A DNA stretch of 64,000 nt, taken from assembly GCF_001194135.2 (NCBI RefSeq), contig NC_068994.1, positions 48,235,005 through 48,299,004 of the forward strand. Direction: 5' to 3'. Under the pieces are notes generated by a model, which saw nothing but the letters and a program-made list of their open reading frames with translations, made no database searches and was not told where the DNA came from. Numbering within the stretch: the first letter of the stretch is position 1; every line of letters starts with the position of its first letter. A program made the position numbers and the translations under genes. This document shows positions 1-11,401 of this stretch, in pieces. The DNA is from Octopus bimaculoides. Taxonomy: Eukaryota.

Positions 1-95
1 CCAAAGCTATAGTAGAAGACATTTGCCCAAGGTATCACACAATGGGACTAAACCCGAAACCACGTGGTTCGGAAGCAAACTTCATACCACACACC
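1..95 (-). mobile_element. tRNA-derived SINE family A, 5' end (window edge)
   Basis: Reverse complement of the family-A head (tgtggtatgaag...ccgaaccacgtgg...gggcaaatgtcttctactatagc). Confidence 0.75.
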
Positions 96-3000
96 CGCGA
101 TAGATATATAGATAGACGTACAGACGAAAGTTGGTTTGGGTCACATGACAAAGAATTTCTAGGAGTAGCGTTTGCCTACTGGGGAACAACTCCCACGAAA
201 TATATAAGAATAGTCTCCTTTGCTTTCAAGTCATTCAGCATTTCAACATTACACAACACTAGAAGCAACAGTAATTTCGACAACATCAAATAGGGGGACG
301 CCAATGAAAATAACAACAGTAGTAACAACAATAATGAAAAACGAGTTCTGCCAAAATGAAAGCGAACCTCTAAAACAGTGCGCCAACCAGCCATTACAAT
401 GAGCTCGCGACTGCAATGCTATGTATGAATAACTTTGAGTCTTACAATAGCTACATCACGTCATGTCAGTCATTAATCTATTTGTACTGCAGTGAACTTA
501 TATGTTTCGCATTTAGCGATTAGTCATAAGTTGAACAAGGAAGGATTTGAAAGAACAATCTTTTTTGAATGGAATTCAGTTTCAAATTGCAAAAAAGCTT
601 ATACAGAGACTTTTCTATAGGGAGGATTGTTTGAGCTGTACGCAGTGTCATGAGTTAGACCAGCTCAAGAAGAGTATTCACTAAATACGATTGATTTCCC
701 ATGACAAATTAAATTAAAAAGTGAGTGTTGTGATCTGCGAAAATCCTCGCCTGACAGTTTTTCAAGTTTAAAGAGCTGTAAATATCTTTAAAAATTTGAG
801 CTACATGTTTTAAAAGAAAAATTTGAAGATATTTCGCGTTATTGCAAAATTTGTGCTGCGATTGTTGACAGTAGAAAAAGAGTACCTAATCACTGTTAGT
901 CGAGAGCGTTCTTTATTGTTCAAATACTGATGGAAATGTCTCGAATAGTATAACAGATGACGAAACATAGGTGTACAGCTTGATGTTGATCAAATCGCCT
1001 GGCCCCCTCCCGCCAAATTTCAAGCCCTTGTGCCTATAGTAGAAAGGATTATTATTATTATTATTACTTAACACAACATTTTCGCTGGAGAATGTAACGA
1101 AGTGTCTGCTGTGTACAACCAGAGGATTAAGATAACACGTTTCATTCAGATTTCGAGACCCCTGCAGAGGGTACGTGCAGTTCCAAGATACCTTGCCGTA
1201 TTTAGTCACTCTCCTCCAAGTTCTGAGTTCCCACACTACCGGGCTCGACACAGCCCGTCGCCTTTCAATGGTCGATAAAATACGTACCAGTAAAATAATG
1301 AGTGATTCCATTTGCTTCTCAAATTCCTGATTCCCTTTCTGTTTATGTCAGTATTGTTGTTGTTGCGATGGCAAAGATACTGCAGAGACGGCGTCGGTTT
1401 TAAAGCCTTACAGCAATCAGTTGTGTTTCTCTACATTCTAAGTTTAAACTTCGTTGGTGCTGACTTCACCTTTCTCCTCACTCCATCCCACTACTATCAC
1501 CCACTCCGGTTAATAAGATAAGCACCAGGAATTTACTGAACCTTATTACGATCGACTATATCAGAACTGTGATCATACGAAAATGTGGTCTGCTTCTGCT
1601 GTTGTCGTATTTACAGCCAGCGCTGCATAGATATTTATCAGGGAACTGTAGAAGTACCATCTCTCTCTCTCCCTCCCCTCCTCACTCCTTTCCTCTCTCT
1701 TTCTTTCTCATTCCCCCCCCCCCACACACACACACACACTCTCTCTCTTTCTCTCCAGGTTGTGCTGCTGGTAACATATGATCTAGGGCAGTGGTCGGGT
1801 CGTCAGTGACTAATTAGCCTAAGAAGGAGGGGTTTTGCTAAACCCAAAAGGAAAAACTGTAAAAAGGACTGTTGGGCTTAAATAAGATCAACATGAATTT
1901 AGTAATAGAGTGTAAGGACATTGAAACACTAGAGATGGCGTATAAGAACGCTGTTTGACCACTGCGAATGATGGGTAAATTTATGCTCATTAACCCCAAA
2001 CAAACCAATTGCTGTGTAATTATGATTTTATTCTACCAACAACGTCGGAAGCGGTCTACTTTTTATTGATTTGTAGAAAACCAAAGGAAAAAGTTATAAA
2101 TAATTCATTCTTGTTTTCATCTGTGCAATCATCTAATTTCCTACTTATCGTATAGCTAGTAGTTAGCTTTTTCGTTTTCGGTCTTTTCAGAATAACTTCT
2201 AGCACTTAAAAACACGGGCATTATTTACGACTACCTTGATTGTTGCCAATTTTTTGCATGTAGAATTTTGACTTTGCAATCAAGAAAATGTCTTAACATT
2301 TCTACACACATTACCAGACTTTAAAAATATCAAAATATATACACGCATTTTCCACAACACTTTTTTACAACACAAATTATCTAACTTTCCTAGTATTACA
2401 TTCACATTAGTAATTTTTATGTAAACTCTTCTTTCATTGGTGTTGTAAATTGATATCTGCTACATTTAGTTATTTTTGAATTCTGTCCAATTTTAACTTG
2501 AATTCACAAACTACGCACTGTCTAATTATTATGACTGTATTCTACCAATAAGATAAGAAGAGGTCTTATTTTTGTTGGCAGGTAGGAAATAAAATGAAAA
2601 ATGATATATGACTCATTCTTGCTTTTATCTCCACATACAATCCAATTTCCTGCATATCTGTTTGTCTTCTCTTTCATTACTAGTAGTATTATTACAGTTC
2701 ATCTCTGCTATTATTAAAGCTATTTATTGCTGTGTTTAGTCCCAGAACAATCAGGATTAAGCAACTTTATGTTCAAGTGCAATTCACTGGTGACCATCCC
2801 ATCTTTATTAGCAGTATATAGGACTAGATTATTGAATGTGTCCTTTTTTTAAGACGGTCAATTGTAATTTGGATTTGTTTGCGTTTTCAGCAGGTCTAGC
2901 AGCCTGCTCGACTCTCTATCGTTGGGTTTTTTTTTAATATCAAAGATTGTAAAACAGTAGACATCACCAAAATCAATGAAAAGACACACTACTGAGAAGA

Positions 3001-3106
3001 TGTTTGAGTGTGTGTGTGTGTGAGTTTAGTAATGTTTCCATGCAGGTGTACGGTTGCGTTTGTTTGTGAGTATGGGTATTTGTATCTTGTAATGCCTGTT
3101 TATAGC

Positions 3107-3428
3107 GAAGGTGCGTGGCTTAGTGGGTTAAGGCATTCGGCTCATGGTCGTAAGGTTGTGAGTTCAATTCCTGGCGGCGCGTTGTGTCCTTCAGCAAGAC
3201 ACTCCATTTTACGTTCCTCCAGTTCATTCAGCTGGTAAAAGTGAGCTGTGCCTGTAATTCAAAGGGCCAGCCTTGTCACATTCTGTGTCACGCTGAATCT
3301 TCTTAAGAACTACGTTAAGGGTTTGCGGGTTTGTGGAGTGCTCAGCGACTTAAACGTTAATTTCACGAGCAGGCTGTTCCGGTGATCGGATCAACTGGCA
3401 CACTCGTCATCGTAACCGATGGAGTGCC
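3107..3428 (+). mobile_element. tRNA-derived SINE (family D variant 1)
   Basis: A-box-like tggcttagtgg and B-box-like gagttcaattcc. Its 3' module (gcctgtaattcaaaggg...ggagtgcc) is shared with 4844-5231. Confidence 0.75.
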
Positions 3429-3467
3429 AGTGTCTTGTTTATAACGTATCGATGTGAGTTTTATAAT

Positions 3468-3616
3468 CACTAACATAGCTACGGGGTGGTGGTAGGGTCG
3501 CTCCTCCCCCGGGCGGCACTTTGGGGTTTGCTGTAAGCAATATGTGTTTTTGTGGGATCCGGAGGCGGCAAACGGAAGGGCCGCCCTGGGCGGCACACAC
3601 TCTAGCTACGCTAGTG
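3468..3616. mobile_element. short non-autonomous TIR element (hAT-like MITE)
   Basis: Imperfect TIRs cactaacatagctac / ctagctacgctagtg, a GC-rich interior, and degenerate 8-bp flanks tttataat / ttcgtaat. Confidence 0.45.
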
Positions 3617-4767
3617 TTCGTAATGTTTGCATGTAAGAATGTTACTCAGTGTGCGAGTGTATTGTAATATCTTTATGCAAACTTGCATTTGTGTGTGTGT
3701 ATATAAGCATTGTAATATCTTTATACATGTATGTACATATAGTAATATCTATGCATATGTGTGTTGTAACCACTATACGTGTGCATGAGCGAATTATTTT
3801 TTCTTTACTTGCTGGGTCGGGAGAAAGGAGCAGCATTTTGTACTGTAATGGCTGTATACGTGCGAATGCATTGTCACGAATGTATGCTTATATGTTTGTG
3901 TATGTGCGTGTTTACCAATCACCAGCCTTGCCGATCAGTTCTTAAGTATGTCGCTTGCTGTCTGCTAGTATGTTTGTCAAAGTAAAGCTCGTGGGAACAA
4001 CCCGGTACAGTTTTGTTGTCTTCATATGTAACAGTTATGGTAACTAGAACTGGCATCATTTTACGTTAGGGTAGGGCGGCTGTGTGTGTGTGTGTGTGTG
4101 TGTGTATGTCCGTGTGTGTGCGCGCATAAATATACCTATATACATGCTAGCATGTAAACATCACACACACATGCACAAACACACACATATATGTATATAT
4201 ATATATACATGGACACATTTTGAACATCTTCACATGAATGAGCATATGTATGATGTAGATAGATAGAATGATAGATACATTCATACATATATAGATATAT
4301 AAATATGAAAACATCTTGTAAACAAATTTATATATATCTATATATATCTATATATATATATATATATACAAAACGGTTCCCCATCTTATAAAAGTGGATA
4401 TGTATAAATACATAGATACATATACAGGGAGAGTGAGCTTATTTGTCAACGAGGAAAACTGTGCTTGTGTGTATGTATGTGTATGCGTGTGTTCGTACGT
4501 ACGTGTATGCGTGCGTTCGCGCGCGCGCGAACGTACCAGTTTATTAGTTTATGCTGTTTGACACAATTCTGAGTGTTTACGACTATGCGCGCGCGCGAGC
4601 GTATGTGTGTGTACAAAGGCATGTCAAAGTTCAGCAGTTGATCAGACACTGCATCATCCCATAATCTCAAATCAAATTTGTTGCGAAGCAGTCACGGAAT
4701 TATACCTACATATGTGCATTCATACATATATGCATCCACACATACATACATACATACATACATTAAA

Positions 4768-4813
<46 letters not shown>

Positions 4814-4843
4814 CATACATATATTACATATATGCATACACGT

Positions 4844-5231
4844 GGAGGCGCAATGGCCCAGTGGTTAGGGCAGCGGACTCGTGGTCATAGGATCGCGGTT
4901 TCGATTCCCAGACCGGGCGTTGTGAGTGTTTATTGAGCAAAAACACCTAAAGCTCCAGGAGGCTCCGGTAGGGGATGGTGACGAATCCTGCTGTACTCTT
5001 TCACCACAACTTTCTCTCACTCTTACTTCCTGTTTCTGTTGTGCCTGTAATTCAAAGGGACCAGCCTTGTCATACTCTGCCACGCTGAATATCCCCGAGA
5101 ACTACGTTAAGGGTACACGTGTCTGTGGAGTGCTCAGCCACTTGCACGTTAATTTCACGAGCAGGCTGTTCCGTTGATCGGACCAACTGGAACCCTCGAC
5201 GTCGTAAGCGACGGAGTGCCAACAACAACAA
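4844..5231 (+). mobile_element. tRNA-derived SINE (family D variant 2) with (AAC)n tail
   Basis: Head tggcccagtggttaggg...ggtttcgattccc, the shared 3' module at 5041-5220, and an aacaacaacaa tail. Confidence 0.8.
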
Positions 5232-5553
5232 TATGTTGACTTATAGGTGTTAGCTCCATCTACGTATAAATGTCTGGCATTGGAGTGATATTTGCTTCAT
5301 ATAACAAACAATAAAATGCAGCACACTGCGTGGTGTATATATATTATATGTTTCTGTGTTTCATCTGATCTCTTCACTTTGACATGCCTCAGGGATGTTC
5401 CCACGACCCTTACTTTCACAAACAAACAGGCTGGCATACAAACAGACAGACAGCGACATATATGACTGATTGACAAGTTTGGTGATTGACAACACGCACA
5501 CGCACATGCACATGCGCACTCACACAGACACGCACACACATACACGCACACAT

Positions 5554-5625
5554 CTTCATCATCATCATCACCATCATTATCATCATCATCCTCATCATCC
5601 TCACCACCATTATCATCATCATCAT
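5554..5625. repeat. (CAT)n trinucleotide microsatellite within a (CA)n/(CT)n cluster
   Basis: Directly visible imperfect catcatcat/caccat run. Confidence 0.9.
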
Positions 5626-5716
5626 ACTATCAACACATGCATGCTGGACATTGACGACATATGCGTACACATATATTCATTACAATATAAGCACTACCCC
5701 TTTTCCGCCATGCACA

Positions 5717-5765
<49 letters not shown>

Positions 5766-5970
5766 GGCGATCTGTATCAAAAATGGTGTAGGAACTAATG
5801 AAGGAAACAGTATACAACACACACACGCGCGCGCACACACACACTTTGTTCCGCCCTCAATGATCCCAGTAATGTGGTTATGTTGCACCAACGCGGAAAT
5901 CCTCCAACATATCTACGGTAGAATTTTCGTCAATAGCTAAGATTGTCAGAAATCATGAAGGAAAAAAATG

Positions 5971-6487
5971 GGCACTATCATGCTATTAGCTGTCAGAAGT
6001 GAAAGTGCTCACTGCTAGTGAAGTATCTGTCTGTCTGTCTGCCTGTTGCTGGCCTGTCGATTCTTTGGCTACTGACAGCTAATACCATGACTGGCCGGAG
6101 CGAGCTATATGTCTGTCTGTCTCTCTCTCTATCTATCTATCTATTACTCGAAAGTTCGCGCGTCCGCGCTAGCTAGTCGTGAGTGGTCGATCCTATTATT
6201 TTTAAACTTCAAACTTCATTTGTTTTCTATTTTGATAAATTCTCTCTGTTGAAAATTATATTTTTATATTTTAAATAATTTGCAATTTCAGGAAATATGT
6301 TTTTATATTAAATTTGTGTTTTCTACTCACGACTAGCCCTGCACGGACGCGCGAACTTTCGAGTAATAGATAGATAGATAGAGAGAGAGAGACAGACAGA
6401 CATATAGNNNNNNNNNNTGTCTGTCTGTCTGCCTGTTGCTGGCCTGTCGATTCTTTGGCTACTGACAGCTAATAGCATGATAGTGCC
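5971..6487. mobile_element. non-autonomous TIR element with 8-bp TSD (GGCAC termini; Merlin-compatible), carrying a nested fold-back element
   Basis: TIR ggcactatcatgctattagctgtcag (5971-5996) is the exact reverse complement of 6462-6487. TSD aaaaaatg occurs at 5963-5970 and 6488-6495. The element spans a 10-N gap. Confidence 0.8.
6105..6407. mobile_element. fold-back / MITE-like element with ~80-bp inverted arms
   Basis: 6105-6184 is a near-perfect reverse complement of 6325-6407, including the (GTCT)(CT)(ATCT) microsatellite run and tattactcgaaagttcgcgcgtcc. The spacer is AT-rich. Confidence 0.75.
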
Positions 6488-6671
6488 AAAAAATGCGTTC
6501 TAATTGATGTATCAATACCAGCAGATGACAACGTTTCTCTAAAAGAAATGGAGAAACTTTCAAAATACAAAGACATGGGATCTTTTCCCTTGAATAAAAT
6601 TAGTGCCGTAGTTTGTCATCAACAACTATCCGTCGTACTGTTATTTATGACATCGTTCGTGTGTTTGTACT

Positions 6672-6878
6672 GGTTTTAGCTTTAGGGTTTTAGGGTTAGA
6701 GTTCGGGTTAGTTTTAGGGTTACGGTTAGAGTTATGATTATTTTTGCCATAACCTCACTCATGACCCTAACCCTAACCCTAAAACCCTATAACTCATAAC
6801 CCTAACCCTAACCCCAACCCTAACTCTAACTCTAAAACCCGAACCCTAACCCTAAAACCCTAAACCCTAACTAGGGTT
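6672..6878. repeat. interstitial telomere-like repeats in head-to-head orientation: (TTAGGG)-like then (CCCTAA)-like
   Basis: Degenerate TTAGGG/TTTTAGGG/TTCGGG/TTAGAG units at 6681-6737 are followed by CCCTAA-type units at 6765-6870. Confidence 0.9.
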
Positions 6879-7361
6879 TGCTAATCCTGAACGTTGTGTA
6901 GGTCAGCATGCAATCTTATGCACCAGTAATAAATGTTTCAGTGTTGGACTGGAAAAAATGAAGTCAACTTTGACGGTTAAATTAATATCACAACATTCAT
7001 GATTAAACAATACATACACAATGCATAGTTACTTCCAAGATTATCATGTAAAGGGAAATAATTCTGGATATGTTTTTCTAATTTTGCTTCGTTCATGAAG
7101 GTTATTGCCCTTTAACAAAAAATGTGATGAGAACGTGTGAAGAATTTAAAATAATGAGAAAAATAATATTCCACGACTCACTTATTCATAATAAAATTGA
7201 CAGAAATACTAAGATAGGGATGATCCTTAAGAAACCAAAATATAGAACAGTGAAAGATTTTAATTAAATATACTTTCAAAAATTTTTAATCTAGACATCA
7301 TCATTAACATCACGATTAAAATCTTCTTCAACAATTAAGATTTTATGCGTGCTTCCCATTC

Positions 7362-7418
<57 letters not shown>

Positions 7419-7814
7419 CTTGTTTCAATTACTTGGAACTCATTATACTGGATTATATGTAACTGCCTTGTTTCCTGTGGGCATGAGCACATTGTTCTTC
7501 TAACAGCCCTCCTCCACATTCAAATAATGAAAGGTGTAGAAGTAGAGAAAAGCTAAACGTACAATTGTAAAACTCCTGTGATGTCGATAGCCTTTCGTCA
7601 CAATCCGGCTACACAACCTCATATAATAATAGTTGGGCCGTATATGAAAATGTATAATGTTAGGATTTGGAATAGACTATTAACTTTTTAAATAGCTTCT
7701 TATCAAAAGGCTAGTTATTAAAATACTACTGTAGCTATGCTATTAAAACAGGACACTTGAACTAACAGCTAAAACTTTTATGTAAGGTGTTGGTATGATT
7801 GTATGAATAAGAAT

Positions 7815-8195
7815 AGGTGCAAGCATGGCTGTGTGGTTAATAAGCTTGCTTTTTCAGCCACGTGGTTCAGTCCCATTGTGCAGTTTCTTGGGCAAGTGTC
7901 TTTCTACTATAGATCCGGGTTGACCAATGCCTTGCGAGTAAATCTAGTCGACAGAAACGATGTGGAAGCCCATTATGTGTGTGTGTGTATGTGAGTGTGT
8001 GTACACTCACATGCATTTGCATTTGTCTCCGACCACCACCACTTGGCAACCGGTGCTGGTTTGTTTATGTACCTGTAATTTAGCAGTTTAGCAAAACAGT
8101 CTGATAAAATAAGCATTAAACTTTAAATAATTTTTGAAAATAGTACTGGGGCTCCTTCTATTCTACTGAAACCCTTCAATGTGGTGCCCCAGCAT
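7815..8195 (+). mobile_element. SINE family A (full length, internal (TG)n tract)
   Basis: ggctgtgtggt...gggcaagtgtctttctactatag...gtggtgccccagcat; matches the other family-A copies. Confidence 0.8.
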
Positions 8196-8201
8196 ATATG
8201 A

Positions 8202-8245
<44 letters not shown>

Positions 8246-8948
8246 NNNNNNNNNNNNNNNNNNNNNNNNNNNNNNNNNNNNNNNNNNNNNNNNNNNNNNN
8301 NNNNNNNNNNNNNNNNNNNNNNNNNNNNNNNNNNNNNNNNNNNNNNNNNNNNNNNNNNNNNNNNNNNNNNNNNNNNNNNNNNNNNNNNNNNNNNNNNNNN
8401 NNNNNNNNNNNNNNNNNNNNNNNNNNNNNNNNNNNNNNNNNNNNNNNNNNNNNNNNNNNNNNNNNNNNNNNNNNNNNNNNNNNNNNNNNNNNNNNNNNNN
8501 NNNNNNNNNNNNNNNNNNNNNNNNNNNNNNNNNNNNNNNNNNNNNNNNNNNNNNNNNNNNNNNNNNNNNNNNNNNNNNNNNNNNNNNNNNNNNNNNNNNN
8601 NNNNNNNNNNNNNNNNNNNNNNNNNNNNNNNNNNNNNNNNNNNNNNNNNNNNNNNNNNNNNNNNNNNNNNNNNNNNNNNNNNNNNNNNNNNNNNNNNNNN
8701 NNNNNNNNNNNNNNNNNNNNNNNNNNNNNNNNNNNNNNNNNNNNNNNNNNNNNNNNNNNNNNNNNNNNNNNNNNNNNNNNNNNNNNNNNNNNNNNNNNNN
8801 NNNNNNNNNNNNNNNNNNNNNNNNNNNNNNNNNNNNNNNNNNNNNNNNNNNNNNNNNNNNNNNNNNNNNNNNNNNNNNNNNNNNNNNNNNNNNNNNNNNN
8901 NNNNNNNNNNNNNNNNNNNNNNNNNNNNNNNNNNNNNNNNNNNNNNNN
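8246..8948. other. assembly gap (N run)
   Basis: N run flanked by (TA)n. Other gaps are at 6408-6417, 32909-33021, 39339-39742, 52103-52399 and 56656-56665. Confidence 1.
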
Positions 8949-9275
8949 TAGGTTGTCTGGAAAGTTCTGAGCATGTTTTACTATGCAAAAACGGATGTAA
9001 ATAATTGACCTTTCAATAAATTTTATTCGATGAAATAATTTCCATTATTATTAATGACCTTTGCCCATCTATCAGGCAATTTAAATATTCCACCAGAATA
9101 AAATTTGACTGGTTTTGAAGAAAATTTTTTTTATCTAGATGCATTTTGACTCCATCTAAATCATTAAATGTGTTTCCTTGCCATGAGTCCTGTAGAGACA
9201 AAGACAGGTGGTAGTTGGATGGTGTAATATCAGGAGAATATGATGGATGGTGTAAGAGATCCGGGCCAAGCTCAT
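8949..9275 (-). mobile_element. mariner transposon 3' fragment (degenerate transposase C-terminus + TIR)
   Basis: Minus-strand ELGPDLLHHPSYSPDITPSNYHLSLSLQ corresponds to the mariner HPPYSPDLAPSDYHLF motif. A TIR-like taggttgtctggaaagttc abuts the gap. Confidence 0.8.
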
Positions 9276-9947
9276 GTAATATTGTTAGTGAGTGCTGTAA
9301 GCTCACACAACATAAATACAAAAGGAGTCATGACAATGTGGCCGGATATGTCCACTGGCTGTTGTGCAGTAAAGTGAACCTCCAGAGAGCCAAACAATGG
9401 TATGAACACAAGACAGAGGGAGTAATGGAAACCAAACATTACAAAATACTCTGGGATTTTAATATGCAGTGCAACCAAGTCATAGAGACAAGACAACCAG
9501 GTATTGTGCTCATCCATAATGATGAAAAAGAAGTGAAGATAATAGATGTTGCAATACCAGGTGATTTGAGGGTGAAATGTAAGGAAACAGGAAAGATAAA
9601 GAAATACCAGCCACAGCAGGACGAGATAAGAAAGTTAGGGGGCATGAGGAAAGTAATGATGATACCAGTGGTAATTGGAGCATTAGGAGCAGTTTCCAGG
9701 GGCTTTGAAAAACATATCAAGAATAGTGGAGCTGCTGTCAGGCTTGAGGTGATCCAGAAGACAGCATTGTTGGGTACAGCTTGCATTCTAAGGAGAGTAA
9801 TGTCTCTTTGAGTCACAGAAGAAGGCACTACTTGAAACCTTTGGTGATTTGTTATTGCCTGCTTTCAAGTAAAGAATAACCAGTAATTAAGAACTATCTG
9901 AGAGTCTTTCAGAATAACAACAACGACAACAACAATAATAATAATAA
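9273..9947 (+). mobile_element. 5'-truncated RLE-type LINE (R4/Dong-like), 3' end with (AAC/AAT)n tail
   Basis: ORF 9215-9811 contains ...HDNVAGYVHW...KILWDFNMQ...IIDVAIPGD...KETGKIKKY...PVVIGALG...IQKTALLGTACILRRV*, followed by a 3' UTR and an aataacaacaac...aataataat tail. Confidence 0.88.
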
Positions 9948-10254
9948 TATTGTTTACATTAAAATATTTGCAGTAAATTCATAATCTGATTCACAGGGTT
10001 ATTTCTCATTGCAAATACTGAAGCAAGGCGCAACATCTCAATGTATTGGACATTTCCAGTCAGCGCTAAGTGACTAACCCATTATCTTGCAGAGATACAA
10101 AAGCAGTAACACAAACAGAAAAAATAATATCAGAAAAATAGATAAAAGCACTTCAGCAGGCACCCTCTAGTGTAATTGGTGATGTAGTCTTCTAGTAAGG
10201 AATAAATAGCCTTCACGCTACAGAGAACATGTGACAATTTTCATAAAGTCGCTC

Positions 10255-10780
10255 ATATACCCAGCATGCTAACAGTTCTGCTAGCAAATTGCTTAGCAGC
10301 ATTTCATCAGTCCTTATGTTCTGAGTTCAAATTCTGCCGAGGTCAATTTTGCCTTTCATCTTTTCAGGGTTGATAAACTTGCTTCCCAAATATATGGTCT
10401 CAGGTTCAATCCCACTGTACAGTAAATGTCTTCTTCTGTAGCCCTGGGCCAACCAAAGCCTTGTGAGTGGATTTAATATACAGAAACTGAAAGAAGCCCG
10501 TCAATACACACACACACACATATACATGATATGCATGTTTGTGTGCACTCTTGTCTTAACATAACATGTTGGTTGTAAATAAGCACCACCGGCATACAAG
10601 TGATGCTATTTATTTCCAATCTTCCAAGGAAAACATGTCTGATCATAGAAAACATTCTCTTGCTTGGAGACAGGGGAGGATTGGTGACAGGTAGGGCACC
10701 AAGTAATAGAAAATCTGCAACAGATTCAATCTGGTCTATGCAAGCATGAAAAACTGGATTTTAAACGACGACGATGGTGA
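10255..10780 (+). mobile_element. composite of three SINE-family fragments (B head, A body, RTE-tailed family C)
   Basis: Family-B core (gagttcaaattctgccgaggtcaattttgcctttcatc), then family-A core (gttcaatcccactg...aaagccttgtgagtggat), then a tail gcaagcatgaaaaactggattttaaacgacgacgat. Confidence 0.6.
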
Positions 10781-11401
10781 TAATTGCTTATTTCAATTTA
10801 ATTTTTCCAATAAGCACAAGAAATTTCAGACATGTTTTTGTTTGCTTTATTCTAACTTCTTCAACCAAGCTAGCCCTCATTGTAATAAAGAAATAATAAT
10901 GAATGAGTAGGTAAATAAATATACACAATTGCACAATTGTTGATACGAATATATAGAATTATTTAGAGATTCCAAAACTTGAGAATAGTATCGAAGTTCA
11001 GAACTTGGAAACTGTCTCCCGTATTTGCAAAGTGAAAAAATAGAAGATGCTGGAGGTATTAGACATTAACTGATTTTCTTATTTGCTCGACATTTATTAA
11101 ATATGCTAACATTAACTGGCTTATTGTTTTTTAACACTAAATATATATATATAGATTCAACTACTTCTGCGTTGAAAACTAGAAAGATTTGAACCAAAAT
11201 AACGCAATAAATCAGAATAATAACTAATAAAATAGTGAAAACAAAATAAGACAAGCCAGCTGGTGGGATTATAAAAATAGAAGAAAATCATTGAGTAAGG
11301 GAAAGCTAAAAATAGCAAAAAGAAATCACTACTCAAGCGAAATAAATTAACATGCAGTGGAGACAATAGTTTAATGTTTGGTGAGAAAAATAGCTTAGAC
11401 G

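Larger units (their letters stand above)
5942..6578 (+). mobile_element. fragment of an RLE-type non-LTR retrotransposon (R4/Dong/NeSL-like), interrupted by the TIR element
   Basis: Removing 5971-6495 (the element plus one TSD copy) restores IVRNHEGKKCVLIDVSIPADDNVSLKEMEKLSKYKD, the D-x13-E-K-x2-KY-type core of a restriction-like endonuclease. Confidence 0.75.

Noticed and set aside
913-1311. 132-aa minus-strand ORF
   Set aside because: No recognisable family. Its 3' part reads through a SINE-B tail and (ATT)n, and no splice partners were identified.
1740-1810. Pyrimidine tract + ccag|GTTGTGCTG... resembling an acceptor and exon
   Set aside because: The tract is a (CT)n microsatellite, and the frame closes after 16 codons with no homology.
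4514-4533. Perfect 20-bp palindrome cgttcgcgcgcgcgcgaacg
   Set aside because: Largely explained by a self-complementary (CG)n run inside a (TG)/(CG) microsatellite zone, with no further support for function.
4844-4920. tRNA-like sequences (also 3110, 26655, 29915, 44821)
   Set aside because: A/B-box-like SINE heads without a pairing acceptor stem or proper cloverleaf, each continuing into SINE body sequence.
5297-5940. Poly-His, poly-Ile and poly-Met ORFs (e.g. 5470-5940)
   Set aside because: These are translations of (CAT)n, (CA)n and (CT)n microsatellites, with no domain or splice context.
6681-6870. True chromosome end
   Set aside because: The repeats are short, degenerate, inverted and flanked on both sides by ordinary sequence.
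8123-9004. Long ORFs of 263-283 aa (also 32730-33056, 39324-39809, 51957-52581)
   Set aside because: They are open only because they run through N-gaps.
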